From NCBI GenBank assembly GCA_965219675.1, contig OZ244786.1, positions 138,378 through 202,377 of the forward strand: 64,000 nt of DNA, given 5' to 3'. Shown here one piece after another: positions 20,875 through 29,934 of the stretch (within the stretch, counting starts at the first letter, position 1; each line of letters starts with the position of its first letter). Source of the stretch: Candidatus Multivorans sp. (lineage in GTDB: Bacteria; Acidobacteriota; Thermoanaerobaculia; Multivoradales; Multivoraceae). The position numbers and the translations under genes are program-made. The notes below the pieces were generated by a model. That model had not been told where the DNA came from. It did not search any database and was given only the letters and a program-made list of their open reading frames with translations.

Positions 20875-21657
20875 TCAATGGCTTTCCTGCGCGGCGACGA
20901 CCAGGGCGATCGAATCGCTTTGCCGCAGGGGATGGCCCGGAAGTGGATACTGACGCAGGATGATCCCGGCTTCGACGCCTTCGTAGGGCTCGTACTTTAC
21001 CCTTCCGAGCCGGAATCCGCGCGTCTCGAAGTAGGTGCGCACGGGCGCTTCGGGCAGGTCGATCAGATCGGGCATGACGAAGGATGCGCTCGGGTTGGCG
21101 AGGCTGACCATGACGTCGACCTGGGAGGAGGGTTCGACCCGGCTGCCAGGAGGTGGACTCTGACGGATGACGGTTCCGGGTGCCCCGAACTCGGCGTACA
21201 CGCTCCGGCTCCGGCCCAACTGGAGACCGGAGGCGGCGAGGCTGACCTGAACCGTCTGCAGGACCTGGCCGGTAAGGTCCGGCGTTTCGACGAGCTGACG
21301 GCCCCGTGAGAGGTGGATGACGACCCCGCTGTCCTGCTTGACCGCACTGGCGGCAGGCGGATCGTGCCGGAGGACGTGACCGGCGGGGACGGTTTCGTCG
21401 TAGCGGTCCTGTTCGACCCGCCGCACCGTCAAGCCCGCGGCGGCCAGGGCCGCCTCGGCGTCGCCAACGGCCAGACCGACCAGGTCGGGCACTGCGATCA
21501 CGCCGCTACGGACGAAGTTGGACAGGGCCAGATAGGACGAAGCACCGAGCAGCGCCGTGAGCAGTCCGGCGTACAGGCTGCCCACGACGAGACGCTTCAG
21601 CCACCGCCTGCGCAGCATGTCGGCGAGCCGGCGCGCGAGAATCTCGTGCCTTCGCAT
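20875..21657 (-). CDS. Membrane-anchored stand-alone PASTA-repeat protein (three PASTA-like modules, no kinase or PBP domain)
   Basis: One N-terminal transmembrane segment is followed by three repeats that open VPDLVGLAVGDAEAAL, TPDLTGQVLQTVQVSL and MPDLIDLPEAPVRTYF. Confidence 0.7.
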   Translation of the reverse strand: MRRHEILARRLADMLRRRWLKRLVVGSLYAGLLTALLGASSYLALSNFVRSGVIAVPDLVGLAVGDAEAALAAAGLTVRRVEQDRYDETVPAGHVLRHDPPAASAVKQDSGVVIHLSRGRQLVETPDLTGQVLQTVQVSLAASGLQLGRSRSVYAEFGAPGTVIRQSPPPGSRVEPSSQVDVMVSLANPSASFVMPDLIDLPEAPVRTYFETRGFRLGRVKYEPYEGVEAGIILRQYPLPGHPLRQSDSIALVVAAQESH

Positions 21658-21658
21658 T

Positions 21659-22969
21659 TCAGCGCCCCAGGGCCGGCAGGTTCTTCACCAGGTCGAAGTA
21701 GATGGCGAACATCATGATTCCGACGATCACGACGAGGCCGAACTGGGTCACGAGGTTCTTGACGCGGACGGAGAGATCGCGCCGCAGGACACTCTCGAAC
21801 AGCAGGATGGCGAGCTGGCCGCCATCCAGGAGAGGGATCGGGAGCAGGTTCAGAATGCAGATGTTCAGGCTGATCAGGGCGGTCAGGAAGACGAGGTCGT
21901 TGAAGCTCCGCCGCGCCGCCTGGCCGCTGATCCTCGCGATCTCGATGGGCCCGGCGATAGCACTCTGGGGCGAGGCGCGGCGTTCGACCAGCCTGCCCAG
22001 GAAGCCGAAGATCTCGGTCGTCGTCTCCCAGTTGATGCGAGCGCTCTCGAACAGGGCGGCGCCGGGGGCGACACGCTGGTAAGAGAAGTGGCTGATCGTG
22101 ATGCCGGCCCGTCCGACACCGCCTTCATCCGCCGGCACGAACCGGACCACGAAGCGCTCCTCGCCGCGGCCGATCTCGACGCCCACCTCCTTGCCTGCAC
22201 TCGGTTCCACCAGTCGCCGGAAGTCGGCCGCGTCGGCGATGGGGTGTCCGTCCACCGCGTAGAGCGTGTCGCCGTACCGAATGCCCGCCCGCTCGGCTGG
22301 CATGCCTTCGAACACGTCGCGAACGCGCGGGAGCAGGCTGGCGTACATGCCGGCGTCACCCAGTTCGTGGCGGGGAATGCGGCGTGGTACGAGCACCGTG
22401 CTCAGCGTCCTCCCGTCGCGCTGGAAGTCGACCGCGAGACGCCGTTCCGGCGACACGAGGACGATGTTCGCGACATCGCGCCAGTCGGACACGTCCTCGC
22501 CGTCCAGGCGCAGGATGGTGTCGCCGGCCTGCAGTCCAGCCTCGGAGGCCGCGGACTCGGAAGCCACGGCGCCGATCTCGGTGCTCAGGTCGCGCGGCCC
22601 CGCAAGCTCGGTACCGGCGACGAGCACAGCGGCGATCAGCAGAATGGACAGCACGACGTTGGCGGCGGGGCCCGCCAGGAGGACGACCATTCGCTGCCAC
22701 CGGGGCCTGGTGATGAAGTCGCCGGCGTCTCCGGTGGGGTTCGAGGGGTCGATCCCGGAGAAGGCCACGTAGCCGCCCAGAGGCACCATCGCCAGCCGGT
22801 ACTCCGTGCCGCCCCGTTCGAAGCCCCAGAGCCGCGCGCCGAAGCCGATGGAGAACACCCGGACCCTGATCCGGAACAGTCGTGCCGCCAGGTAATGCCC
22901 GAGTTCGTGAACGAAGATGATCACTCCGATCACGACCAGCAAGGCCAGGATGTTGCTCAGGATGTTCAT
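21659..22969 (-). CDS. rseP: RIP site-2 metalloprotease RseP (M50 family with PDZ domain)
   Basis: MNILSNILALLVVIGVIIFVHELGHYLAARLF contains HExxH. PDZ-like segments are internal, and the C-terminal NLLPIPLLDGG motif is present. Confidence 0.88.
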   Translation of the reverse strand: MNILSNILALLVVIGVIIFVHELGHYLAARLFRIRVRVFSIGFGARLWGFERGGTEYRLAMVPLGGYVAFSGIDPSNPTGDAGDFITRPRWQRMVVLLAGPAANVVLSILLIAAVLVAGTELAGPRDLSTEIGAVASESAASEAGLQAGDTILRLDGEDVSDWRDVANIVLVSPERRLAVDFQRDGRTLSTVLVPRRIPRHELGDAGMYASLLPRVRDVFEGMPAERAGIRYGDTLYAVDGHPIADAADFRRLVEPSAGKEVGVEIGRGEERFVVRFVPADEGGVGRAGITISHFSYQRVAPGAALFESARINWETTTEIFGFLGRLVERRASPQSAIAGPIEIARISGQAARRSFNDLVFLTALISLNICILNLLPIPLLDGGQLAILLFESVLRRDLSVRVKNLVTQFGLVVIVGIMMFAIYFDLVKNLPALGR

Positions 22970-23007
22970 CGGAGGTGAGGGGTGGCGGCGCAGGCGCCCC
23001 GCCGATG

Positions 23008-24204
23008 CTAACCGCGGAAATGCGCCAGGACTTCCCGGGCGTGCCGACGACCCCACGAATCCCAGGCCAGGGCCTCCTCCACGCTCTCGGGCTCGCTTCC
23101 GGCCGCTTGCCGGTCGTGACGTTCAAGCACCCCGGTCACCACGGGCACGATCGCGGTGAAGGGGGCTCCCTGGCTGAGAAACGCGTCGACAGCGACCTCG
23201 TTTGCCGCGTTCAGCACCGCCGGCGCGCCCCTGCCGCGGGCCAGGGCGATGCGAGCCAGCGAAGGCGCGGGGAAGAGCGCCGGATCGACTTGCCGGAACT
23301 CGAGTCTCGACGTCGTTTCCAGTAGTCCGGTCAGGTCGGCCGAGGCCGAACCGGCGGTCCGCGGCCAGCGCTCGGGATATGACAGCGCGTACTGGATCGG
23401 GTACTGCATGTCGTTGGCCGAAATCTGTGCGATCCCGTTGCCGCAGCAGAACTCGACGATCGAGTGAACGAGGGACTGCGGGTGAATCACGATGTCGATC
23501 CGGGAACCGGGGACGTCGAACAGGTAACTCGCCTCGATCAGTTCCAGGCCCTTGTTCATCAGGGTCGCCGAATCGACGCTGATCTTCGCGCCCATGTCCC
23601 AGGTCGGATGTGCGGTCGCCTCGGCGGGCGTCGCCGACTCCAGGGTGGCGGGATCGCGGTCCAGAAACGGTCCGCCCGAAGCGGTCAGAACGAGACGGCG
23701 GACCTCTTCCGGGCGTCCCGCCCGCAGCGCCTGGTGGATCGCGGCGTGCTCGCTGTCGACGGGCAGGATGGATGCGCCGGAGGCGGTCGCCAGCCGCTGC
23801 AGCACGGGCCCAGCCGCGACCATCGCCTCCTTGTTGGCGAGCGCCAGGTCGGCGCCGGCCGCAAGCGCGGCCGCCGCCGGCCCGAGGCCGGCCGCGCCGA
23901 CGATGGCGGTCACGACGAGATCGATCTCGCCGGTCCCGACCGAGTCCAGCAGTGCCTGGTCACCGAAGGTCAGGCAGGTTTCGTCCGGCAGCTCGCCTTG
24001 CAGCGCGGCTGCCCTGTCGGAGCTTGCCACGACGACGCGGTCGGGCCGGAACTCGCGCGCCAACTCGGCCAGGCGGGCGGGTCGCGTTCCCTGTGCCGCG
24101 AGCACCGAGACCCGCAGCCTGTCCGGGTGGTCGCGTGCCACCGCCAGGGTCGCCTCGCCGACCGAACCGGTGGCCCCCAGGACGGCGACGCTGCGTCGGC
24201 TCAA
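23008..24204 (-). CDS. dxr: 1-deoxy-D-xylulose 5-phosphate reductoisomerase
   Basis: SVAVLGATGSVGEATLAV...ANKEAMVAAGP...PVDSEHAAIHQ...LTASGGPF. The start is TTG 24204, overlapping the cdsA TGA. The upstream 340 codons of the track ORF are shadow. Confidence 0.9.
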   Translation of the reverse strand: MSRRSVAVLGATGSVGEATLAVARDHPDRLRVSVLAAQGTRPARLAELAREFRPDRVVVASSDRAAALQGELPDETCLTFGDQALLDSVGTGEIDLVVTAIVGAAGLGPAAAALAAGADLALANKEAMVAAGPVLQRLATASGASILPVDSEHAAIHQALRAGRPEEVRRLVLTASGGPFLDRDPATLESATPAEATAHPTWDMGAKISVDSATLMNKGLELIEASYLFDVPGSRIDIVIHPQSLVHSIVEFCCGNGIAQISANDMQYPIQYALSYPERWPRTAGSASADLTGLLETTSRLEFRQVDPALFPAPSLARIALARGRGAPAVLNAANEVAVDAFLSQGAPFTAIVPVVTGVLERHDRQAAGSEPESVEEALAWDSWGRRHAREVLAHFRG

Positions 24205-25073
24205 GGCAGGGCTCCGCCCGTGCCGGTCCCGTACAGGACCGAGACTGCCGGCCCGAACGTTCCGATGTCGACGAGCACGTACATCAGCGGGGTCGCCAGC
24301 ATCACGCTGTCCAACCGGTCGAGGAGGCCTCCGTGGCCGGGCAGAAGTCGACTGGCGTCTTTCACCTTCGCGGCGCGCTTGAGCAGAGATGCCACCAGGT
24401 CTCCCGCCTGGCCCGCGGCGCCGCAGGCGAGCGCCGCCAGGGGAACGCTCAGCACGAATTGGTCCAGGGCGAACCAGGGCAAGAGTCCGGCGAGGCCGAC
24501 GCCGAGACTCGCCGCCAGGCCGCTCACGGCGCCGGCGATCGTCTTCTTGGGACTGATCTCGGGGGCCAGAGGCCGGCGGCCGTATGCCCGCCCGCCGTAG
24601 TAGGCGCCGATGTCTCCCACCGCGGCCACCGCCAGCACCCAGAGCAGGAGTGCGGGATGGAGCTGGTGAAGGTGGACCGCGGCGACCAGGAACAGCCCCA
24701 GCCACAGCGCGCCGAAGGCGAACATGGCCGAGATCGTCAGTCGGTCGCGGATCTCGGCACGGCTGCTCAAGCCGACCGCCACCGCCATGGCGAGTACGAC
24801 TGTTGCGGCCGCGAACCGGACGTCGAGGACGACGAGGCGGCTCAGGGGGGCGATCTGGTGAACGCTGCTGGCGAGCGCCACGAAGACGAGAGTCAGCCAC
24901 AACGCAGGGCGGAACCTCGGCGCGACGGCGATTCGCTGCACCAGGGCCGTGTACTCCGCGGCCGCCAGCAGGACGACCCCGGTGGCAACCGCGACAAAGA
25001 ACCGGGGCGGCAGGTAGAGGACGATGGCGGTCGCCAGCGCCGCGGTCACGATCCCCGTGACAACGCGTTTCAT
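24201..25073 (-). CDS. cdsA: Phosphatidate cytidylyltransferase
   Basis: It is a multi-pass membrane protein ending in SPKKTIAGAVSG...GDLVASLLKRAAKVKDASRLLPGHGGLLDRLDS (CdsA signature). Confidence 0.88.
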   Translation of the reverse strand: MKRVVTGIVTAALATAIVLYLPPRFFVAVATGVVLLAAAEYTALVQRIAVAPRFRPALWLTLVFVALASSVHQIAPLSRLVVLDVRFAAATVVLAMAVAVGLSSRAEIRDRLTISAMFAFGALWLGLFLVAAVHLHQLHPALLLWVLAVAAVGDIGAYYGGRAYGRRPLAPEISPKKTIAGAVSGLAASLGVGLAGLLPWFALDQFVLSVPLAALACGAAGQAGDLVASLLKRAAKVKDASRLLPGHGGLLDRLDSVMLATPLMYVLVDIGTFGPAVSVLYGTGTGGALP

Positions 25074-25825
25074 TGCGGCCGACTGTATTCCACTCGCTCC
25101 AGACAGAGGCCGCGCGCAGGTGCGTTGGGACCAGCCTCCGTGCGTGGACGTCCGCCCAGGAGCATGGCGAAGTCGTCGATCGACCGCCGGCCGAGGCCGA
25201 CCTCCAGGGTCGTGCCCACGAGCGCACGGACCATGCCGCGGAGGAAACCGTCGCCGGCGACGCGGAAGCTCAACTCGTCGCCGGTTTCCATCCACCCCGC
25301 CTCGTGGATCGTTCGCTCCGGCTGGCCGTGGCTGCCGCCGGACTTGGCGAAGGCGGAGAAGTCGTGACGTCCGGGAAGAAGGGACGCGGCGCTCTTCATC
25401 GCCTCCAGGTCGAGTTTGGCGGGCGCCGGGACGACGAAGGGCGCCCGGAACGGGTCGATCACGCGGGCACGGCAGAGCCGGTAGCGGTAGACCTTGAGGG
25501 TGGCGCTCTTGCGCGCGTGGAAGGCGTCCTCTACCGAGGCGGCGTCCAGCACGCGGACGGCTGCGGGCAGGTGATGGTTGGCGCCGTGAACGAGCGCCCG
25601 GCGTGTTTCCGCCGGCGACGACCCCGCGGCCACCGTCAGGTGAGCGACCTGGCCGCGGGCGTGGACGCCGGCGTCCGTGCGGCCGGCGCCGTACACGGTC
25701 ACGCTTCGGCCGAGTATCCGGGCCAGGGCCTCTTCGACCACCTGCTGGACGGCAAGCGCGTTGTCCTGGCGCTGCCACCCGGCGTAGTCCGTGCCGACAT
25801 AGGCGATTCGCAGGCGGTACTTCAT
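25070..25825 (-). CDS. truA: tRNA pseudouridine(38-40) synthase
   Basis: MKYRLRIAYVGTDYAGWQRQ...GAGRTDAGVHARGQVAH. Confidence 0.9.
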   Translation of the reverse strand: MKYRLRIAYVGTDYAGWQRQDNALAVQQVVEEALARILGRSVTVYGAGRTDAGVHARGQVAHLTVAAGSSPAETRRALVHGANHHLPAAVRVLDAASVEDAFHARKSATLKVYRYRLCRARVIDPFRAPFVVPAPAKLDLEAMKSAASLLPGRHDFSAFAKSGGSHGQPERTIHEAGWMETGDELSFRVAGDGFLRGMVRALVGTTLEVGLGRRSIDDFAMLLGGRPRTEAGPNAPARGLCLERVEYSRPQ

Positions 25826-27279
25826 TGGTGCTCGGTTCCCGAGGCTGACACGCTCGGGGTCGCTGCTCCGGCACGCCGCCGATCGACCACGAAGAGCAGG
25901 AGGGACGGCAACCAGACCGCGCCGTAGACCCAGGGGAAGTAGTGGACCCCGGCGAGAGCCGGCAGGTAGGCCAGGGGCAGGGCCGCCGACAGCACCAGGA
26001 CACTGCGCACGCCGAGCAGTGCCGCCCAGGGCAGGATCCAGATCAGGTACCAGGGATAGAGCGTAGGGCTTGCCAGCAACACGACGCCGAAGGCGGCGAA
26101 CGCTGCGCTGACCGGCCCGGGACGCGCTCGCCAGACCCGAAGCCACGCGGCGAGCCCCGCTGCCAGGAGCAGGAGGCGGGCAAGAAACTGGGGATACGCG
26201 TAGGCGTACACCGTCTGCCAGGGCGACGCGTCGACCTCGCCGCCGAAAACGAAGCGCACCGCGTGGACGAATCCCGTAGCGACCCGGTCGAGTTGCAGCA
26301 GGTCGAGCAGACGCCAGAGCGGTTCATAGAGCGGACCGTTGTACTCCCAGCGCAGCGCGTAGGTCGCCAGGCCCGGGGGCACTCCGCCCGTCCAGACCAG
26401 GACGGCCGCGGTCGCGGGGACGAGCAGGCAGGCAGCGCCCAGCGCGAACAGACGGCCCTGCGACCGGTTGCGCCGGATCGTCCGCCACCACAGGGGAACC
26501 GCGGCGAGCGGAAGCAGCTTGGCCAGCACGCCGAGCGCGGCGACGGCCCCCGCGGCGAGCGAACGCCGGGGACCGGACGGGGCACCGCGCTGGACCGGGA
26601 TCAGATAGACGCAGGCGATGACGAGCGAGGCCCCCAGGACATCGACGTGACCCATGCCGGCGCCCTCGATCACGACCAGCGGATTCCAGACGTATGCCAG
26701 GGCGGCCACGATCGACCCGCGCCGCCTGGCGAGCGCGAGCAGCAGGGCGCAGCCGGCCAGGTCGACCGCGACCAGCACCAGTTTGTAGCCGGCGAGCGGC
26801 TGAGGCAGGACGCTGGTGGCGGCGAAGAGGCTCAGCGCCAGAGGCGGGTAGACCGTGGCGACGTCGCGGTGGGCGGTCCGTTGCCACAGATCGTCACGCA
26901 GCCCGGTCAGCTCGGGGTCGTCTGGAGTGAGGCGATACGGATTCGCGCCGGAGACGGCGACGCGGCCGTCCCAGAGGTAGCGGTGGACGTCGTCGGACAG
27001 GCTTGGCGCCAGCGGCAGCGCCAGAAGGCGGAGCAGCAGGGCGACGGCCAGGACGCCGGCAACCGGCAGTTCGTTCGCCTCCTTCTGCCGCGGCGATCCC
27101 AGTCGTCTCAGGGCGCGCCACAGGGCGCCGAAGGCCAGGAGCAGCACCGCGAGGAAGAGAACGCTCCTCCAGGGCGCGTCGGCCGCCGGTCGCAAGCCGG
27201 TGCGGTCCAGCAGGAGGAGCACGCCGAAGCAGGCGAGCAGGGGCCAGGCGGCTGCCACCTGTGGGAGTGCCCTTGCCAT
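25822..27279 (-). CDS. Polytopic GT-C-fold glycosyltransferase (DUF2029/GT87-like, polyprenyl-phosphate-sugar dependent)
   Basis: It has about 12 predicted hydrophobic spans. The first-loop motif SLSDDVHRYLWDGRVAVSGANPY resembles GT-C mannosyltransferase-like families. Confidence 0.6.
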   Translation of the reverse strand: MARALPQVAAAWPLLACFGVLLLLDRTGLRPAADAPWRSVLFLAVLLLAFGALWRALRRLGSPRQKEANELPVAGVLAVALLLRLLALPLAPSLSDDVHRYLWDGRVAVSGANPYRLTPDDPELTGLRDDLWQRTAHRDVATVYPPLALSLFAATSVLPQPLAGYKLVLVAVDLAGCALLLALARRRGSIVAALAYVWNPLVVIEGAGMGHVDVLGASLVIACVYLIPVQRGAPSGPRRSLAAGAVAALGVLAKLLPLAAVPLWWRTIRRNRSQGRLFALGAACLLVPATAAVLVWTGGVPPGLATYALRWEYNGPLYEPLWRLLDLLQLDRVATGFVHAVRFVFGGEVDASPWQTVYAYAYPQFLARLLLLAAGLAAWLRVWRARPGPVSAAFAAFGVVLLASPTLYPWYLIWILPWAALLGVRSVLVLSAALPLAYLPALAGVHYFPWVYGAVWLPSLLLFVVDRRRAGAATPSVSASGTEHQ

Positions 27280-27292
27280 ATCGTCGGCGCTC

Positions 27293-28792
27293 GTGCTTCT
27301 TCCCGTGTACTACGCCGTTCTCGGCACGCTTGCACTCTTCGGACTGCACCGGCTGGTTCTGTTGCTGGTGCTGCGCCTGGTTCGGCCGCCCGCGGAGGCG
27401 GGCGGCACGGGCCCAGCCGGCGCGAGGACGCAAGCCCCCTTGGACGGGGTCACTGCGGACCGGGTCGCCGCGCCCCGGGTCACCGTCCAACTGCCAATCT
27501 ACAACGAGCGGTACGTGGCCCCGCGGCTGCTCGAGGCCGTGCTCGACTTCGACTATCCGGCGGAGCGGCTGGAGATCCAGATCCTCGACGACTCGACCGA
27601 CGATACGAGCGAGCGGATCGAGGCGGTTCTGGAGGAAGCCTCGAAGCGAGGTCGGCCGCTGCCGGCGGTCCGGCACCTCCGTCGACGCGAACGCGAGGGC
27701 TTCAAGGCGGGCGCTCTGGCGGCCGGTCTGAGCCAGGCTCGCGGCGAGCTGATCGCGATCTTCGATGCCGACTTCGTACCCGGTCCGGACTTTCTGCGCC
27801 GCACGGTGCCGGCCTTCGCCGATCCCGGCCTCGGGATGGTCCAGGCGCGCTGGGATCACACGAACCGCGGGGACTCGCTGCTCACCCGCGCCCAGGCGGT
27901 CCTGCTCGACGGTCACTTCCTCGTCGAGCAGGAGGCCCGCTACCGGTCCGGTTGCTTCTTCAACTTCAACGGCACGGCGGGCGTCTGGCGGCGGCGCGCG
28001 ATCGAAGAGGCCGGCGGCTGGCAGTTCGACACGCTGACCGAGGATCTCGACCTCTCCTACCGCGTGCAGCTTGCTGGATGGCGCTTCGCGCTGAAGACCG
28101 ACCTGGCAGTGCCGGCCGACCTGCCGGCCCGCGTGAACGACTTCAAGGGCCAGCAGCACCGCTGGGCGCTGGGCACCGCCCAGACGATGCGCAAGCTGCT
28201 GGCAAGAGTCCTCCGCACTCCGGTCAGGCTGCGGGTGAAGCTCGCGGCGGCGGCCCACCTGACGTCGGGTTTCTGCTATCCGCTGCTGGTCGCTCTGGGG
28301 CTCCTGCTCCTGCCAGCAATCCTGCTGCGCCAGGAGTCTCCGTACCTGCTGCTATGGATCGATGCTCCGCTGTTCCTGCTCGGCACGGCTGCCGTGGCGG
28401 GCTGCTACGCCGCCGGCCAACGGCGGGCCGGTCGTCCGGGTTCCCGGGCGTGGTTCGAGGTGCCGCTTGCGATGTCTGTCGGCATCGGCCTGTCGCTTCA
28501 CAACTCGGCCGCCGTGGTCGTCGGTCTGTTCCGTCGCGGCGGCGTATTCGCTCGCACGCCGAAGATCCCGGCGGGCGCGCAGGAGCCTCCGGCGCAGTAC
28601 CGGTCGGCCGCGGTCTGGAGCCTCTGGGGCGAAGCCACCCTGGCGCTCTACTTCTGGATATGCATCGCCGCCGCCGGCTTGAGCGGTCGCTGGTGGTCTC
28701 TTCCCTTCCTGTACCTCTTCGCGCAGGGGTATAGCCTGATGGCCCTCGGAGGCACCCTGCCGCGGTGGGGACGCCGCGCCAGGTTGCCGTAG
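27293..28792 (+). CDS. Processive family-2 glycosyltransferase (CslA/cellulose-synthase-like beta-glycan synthase)
   Basis: VQLPIYNERYV, ILDDSTDDT, AIFDADFVP, GTAGVWRR, TEDLDLSYR and the QQHRW (QxxRW) motif are present, with flanking transmembrane segments. The start is uncertain: GTG 27293 is chosen to avoid overlap with the divergent gene. Confidence 0.8.
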   Translation: MLLPVYYAVLGTLALFGLHRLVLLLVLRLVRPPAEAGGTGPAGARTQAPLDGVTADRVAAPRVTVQLPIYNERYVAPRLLEAVLDFDYPAERLEIQILDDSTDDTSERIEAVLEEASKRGRPLPAVRHLRRREREGFKAGALAAGLSQARGELIAIFDADFVPGPDFLRRTVPAFADPGLGMVQARWDHTNRGDSLLTRAQAVLLDGHFLVEQEARYRSGCFFNFNGTAGVWRRRAIEEAGGWQFDTLTEDLDLSYRVQLAGWRFALKTDLAVPADLPARVNDFKGQQHRWALGTAQTMRKLLARVLRTPVRLRVKLAAAAHLTSGFCYPLLVALGLLLLPAILLRQESPYLLLWIDAPLFLLGTAAVAGCYAAGQRRAGRPGSRAWFEVPLAMSVGIGLSLHNSAAVVVGLFRRGGVFARTPKIPAGAQEPPAQYRSAAVWSLWGEATLALYFWICIAAAGLSGRWWSLPFLYLFAQGYSLMALGGTLPRWGRRARLP

Positions 28793-28795
28793 TCC

Positions 28796-29365
28796 ATGAT
28801 TCGCCCCCTTGGAAGACCCTCCGCTCCTGTCCCTTCCAGGCAGACGGAGGTGGTCGTGCGGCCGGCCTCGCCTGCGGATGCTCCCTTCCTCAGGCGCTGG
28901 CGGTCCGAGCCGGCCGTGCGCCGCTTCCAGCCGCTGCACAACGTGTCCGCGTCGCGACTGCGAGCGGACCTGGCGTCGCAGCGTCCGCGGGACATCTACC
29001 GCGGCCGGGGCGACCGCTACACCTGGCTGGTCGAGGCGGATGGCGATCGTGCCGGCTGGATCACCCTGGCGATCGTGAACTGGGAGCACGGGCTGAGCGA
29101 ACTGGGCTATGCCCTCGCGACGCGCCACCATGGTCGCGGCACGATGACCGCGGCACTCGGGCAGTTGCTGCCGGAGCTTCTTCTCCGCACGCCCGTGGAG
29201 CGCATCGAGGCGAGATGCGCGGTGGACAACGAGGCGTCGCGGAAGGTGCTGGAGAAGCTGGGGTTCGTCCACGAGGGCCGGCTCCGCTCGTACTTCGTTC
29301 TGCAGGGCCGCCGCACCGACCACCACCTGTACGCCCTGCTGCGCGAGGACTACATTCCGCGCTAG
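28796..29365 (+). CDS. GNAT-family N-acetyltransferase (RimJ/RimL-like)
   Basis: VVVRPASPADAPFLRRW...HHGRGTMTAALGQLL...ARCAVDNEASRKVLEKLGFVHEGRLR. Confidence 0.78.
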   Translation: MIRPLGRPSAPVPSRQTEVVVRPASPADAPFLRRWRSEPAVRRFQPLHNVSASRLRADLASQRPRDIYRGRGDRYTWLVEADGDRAGWITLAIVNWEHGLSELGYALATRHHGRGTMTAALGQLLPELLLRTPVERIEARCAVDNEASRKVLEKLGFVHEGRLRSYFVLQGRRTDHHLYALLREDYIPR

Positions 29366-29429
29366 CCCCTGTTGGGGCTGCCGCGCTACAGTTGCCAACC
29401 TTGGACCGTCAGTCGGGGAGGTACGAATC

Positions 29430-29933
29430 GTGAGCACTGGAACCGGACAAGGCGCGCCGCCAAAGGCAGCCGACTCCGCCCTTGAGAATCTCGAGGCCGG
29501 AATCGCGTTGTTCTACGAGGACAAGGTCGCGGAGGCCAGGGTCCGGTTCGAAGACGTGGTCGCGGGCGGTGGCGAGAGCCGGTTCGTCATTCGCGCGAAG
29601 GACTACCTCGCCGCCTGCGAGCGGGCGGAAACGGCGGCGGAAGGCGGCACGGACGATGCGTTCCTCGAGGCTGTGATGGCCCGGAACGACGGCGACCTGG
29701 AGCGCGTTCTCGAGTTGTGCGGAGACGACGGGCGAGATGAGGACGACCGTTTCGTCTATCTGGCCGCCTGCGTGCATGCCCTGATGGGAGACCAGGAGGC
29801 CGCGCTGGACCGGTTGACGCAGGCTGTGGAACTGGATCGGAAGAACCGCGTTCGCGCCTTCCATGACGGCGACTTTTCTTCACTGGACGAGGACGAGCGC
29901 TTCGTGAAGCTCGTCCATGAACTGAACGACTGA
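29430..29933 (+). CDS. Hypothetical acidic helical (TPR-like) protein
   Basis: GGAGG lies upstream of the GTG, and the sequence is not low complexity. I recognise no family. Confidence 0.5.
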   Translation: MSTGTGQGAPPKAADSALENLEAGIALFYEDKVAEARVRFEDVVAGGGESRFVIRAKDYLAACERAETAAEGGTDDAFLEAVMARNDGDLERVLELCGDDGRDEDDRFVYLAACVHALMGDQEAALDRLTQAVELDRKNRVRAFHDGDFSSLDEDERFVKLVHELND

Positions 29934-29934
29934 C

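Noticed and set aside
23008-26146. Apparent giant ORFs (739, 600 and 358 aa) suggesting N-terminally extended Dxr, CdsA and TruA
   Set aside because: Only the 3' portions match the families. The canonical N-termini begin at TTG 24204, ATG 25073 and ATG 25825, each overlapping the upstream stop. The extensions overlap the preceding gene in another frame.
25942-28734. A 930-aa plus-strand ORF spanning the GT-C and GT2 loci
   Set aside because: It is antisense to the GT-C gene, then out of frame with the GT2 gene. The sequence is Arg/Gly/Pro-rich nonsense.
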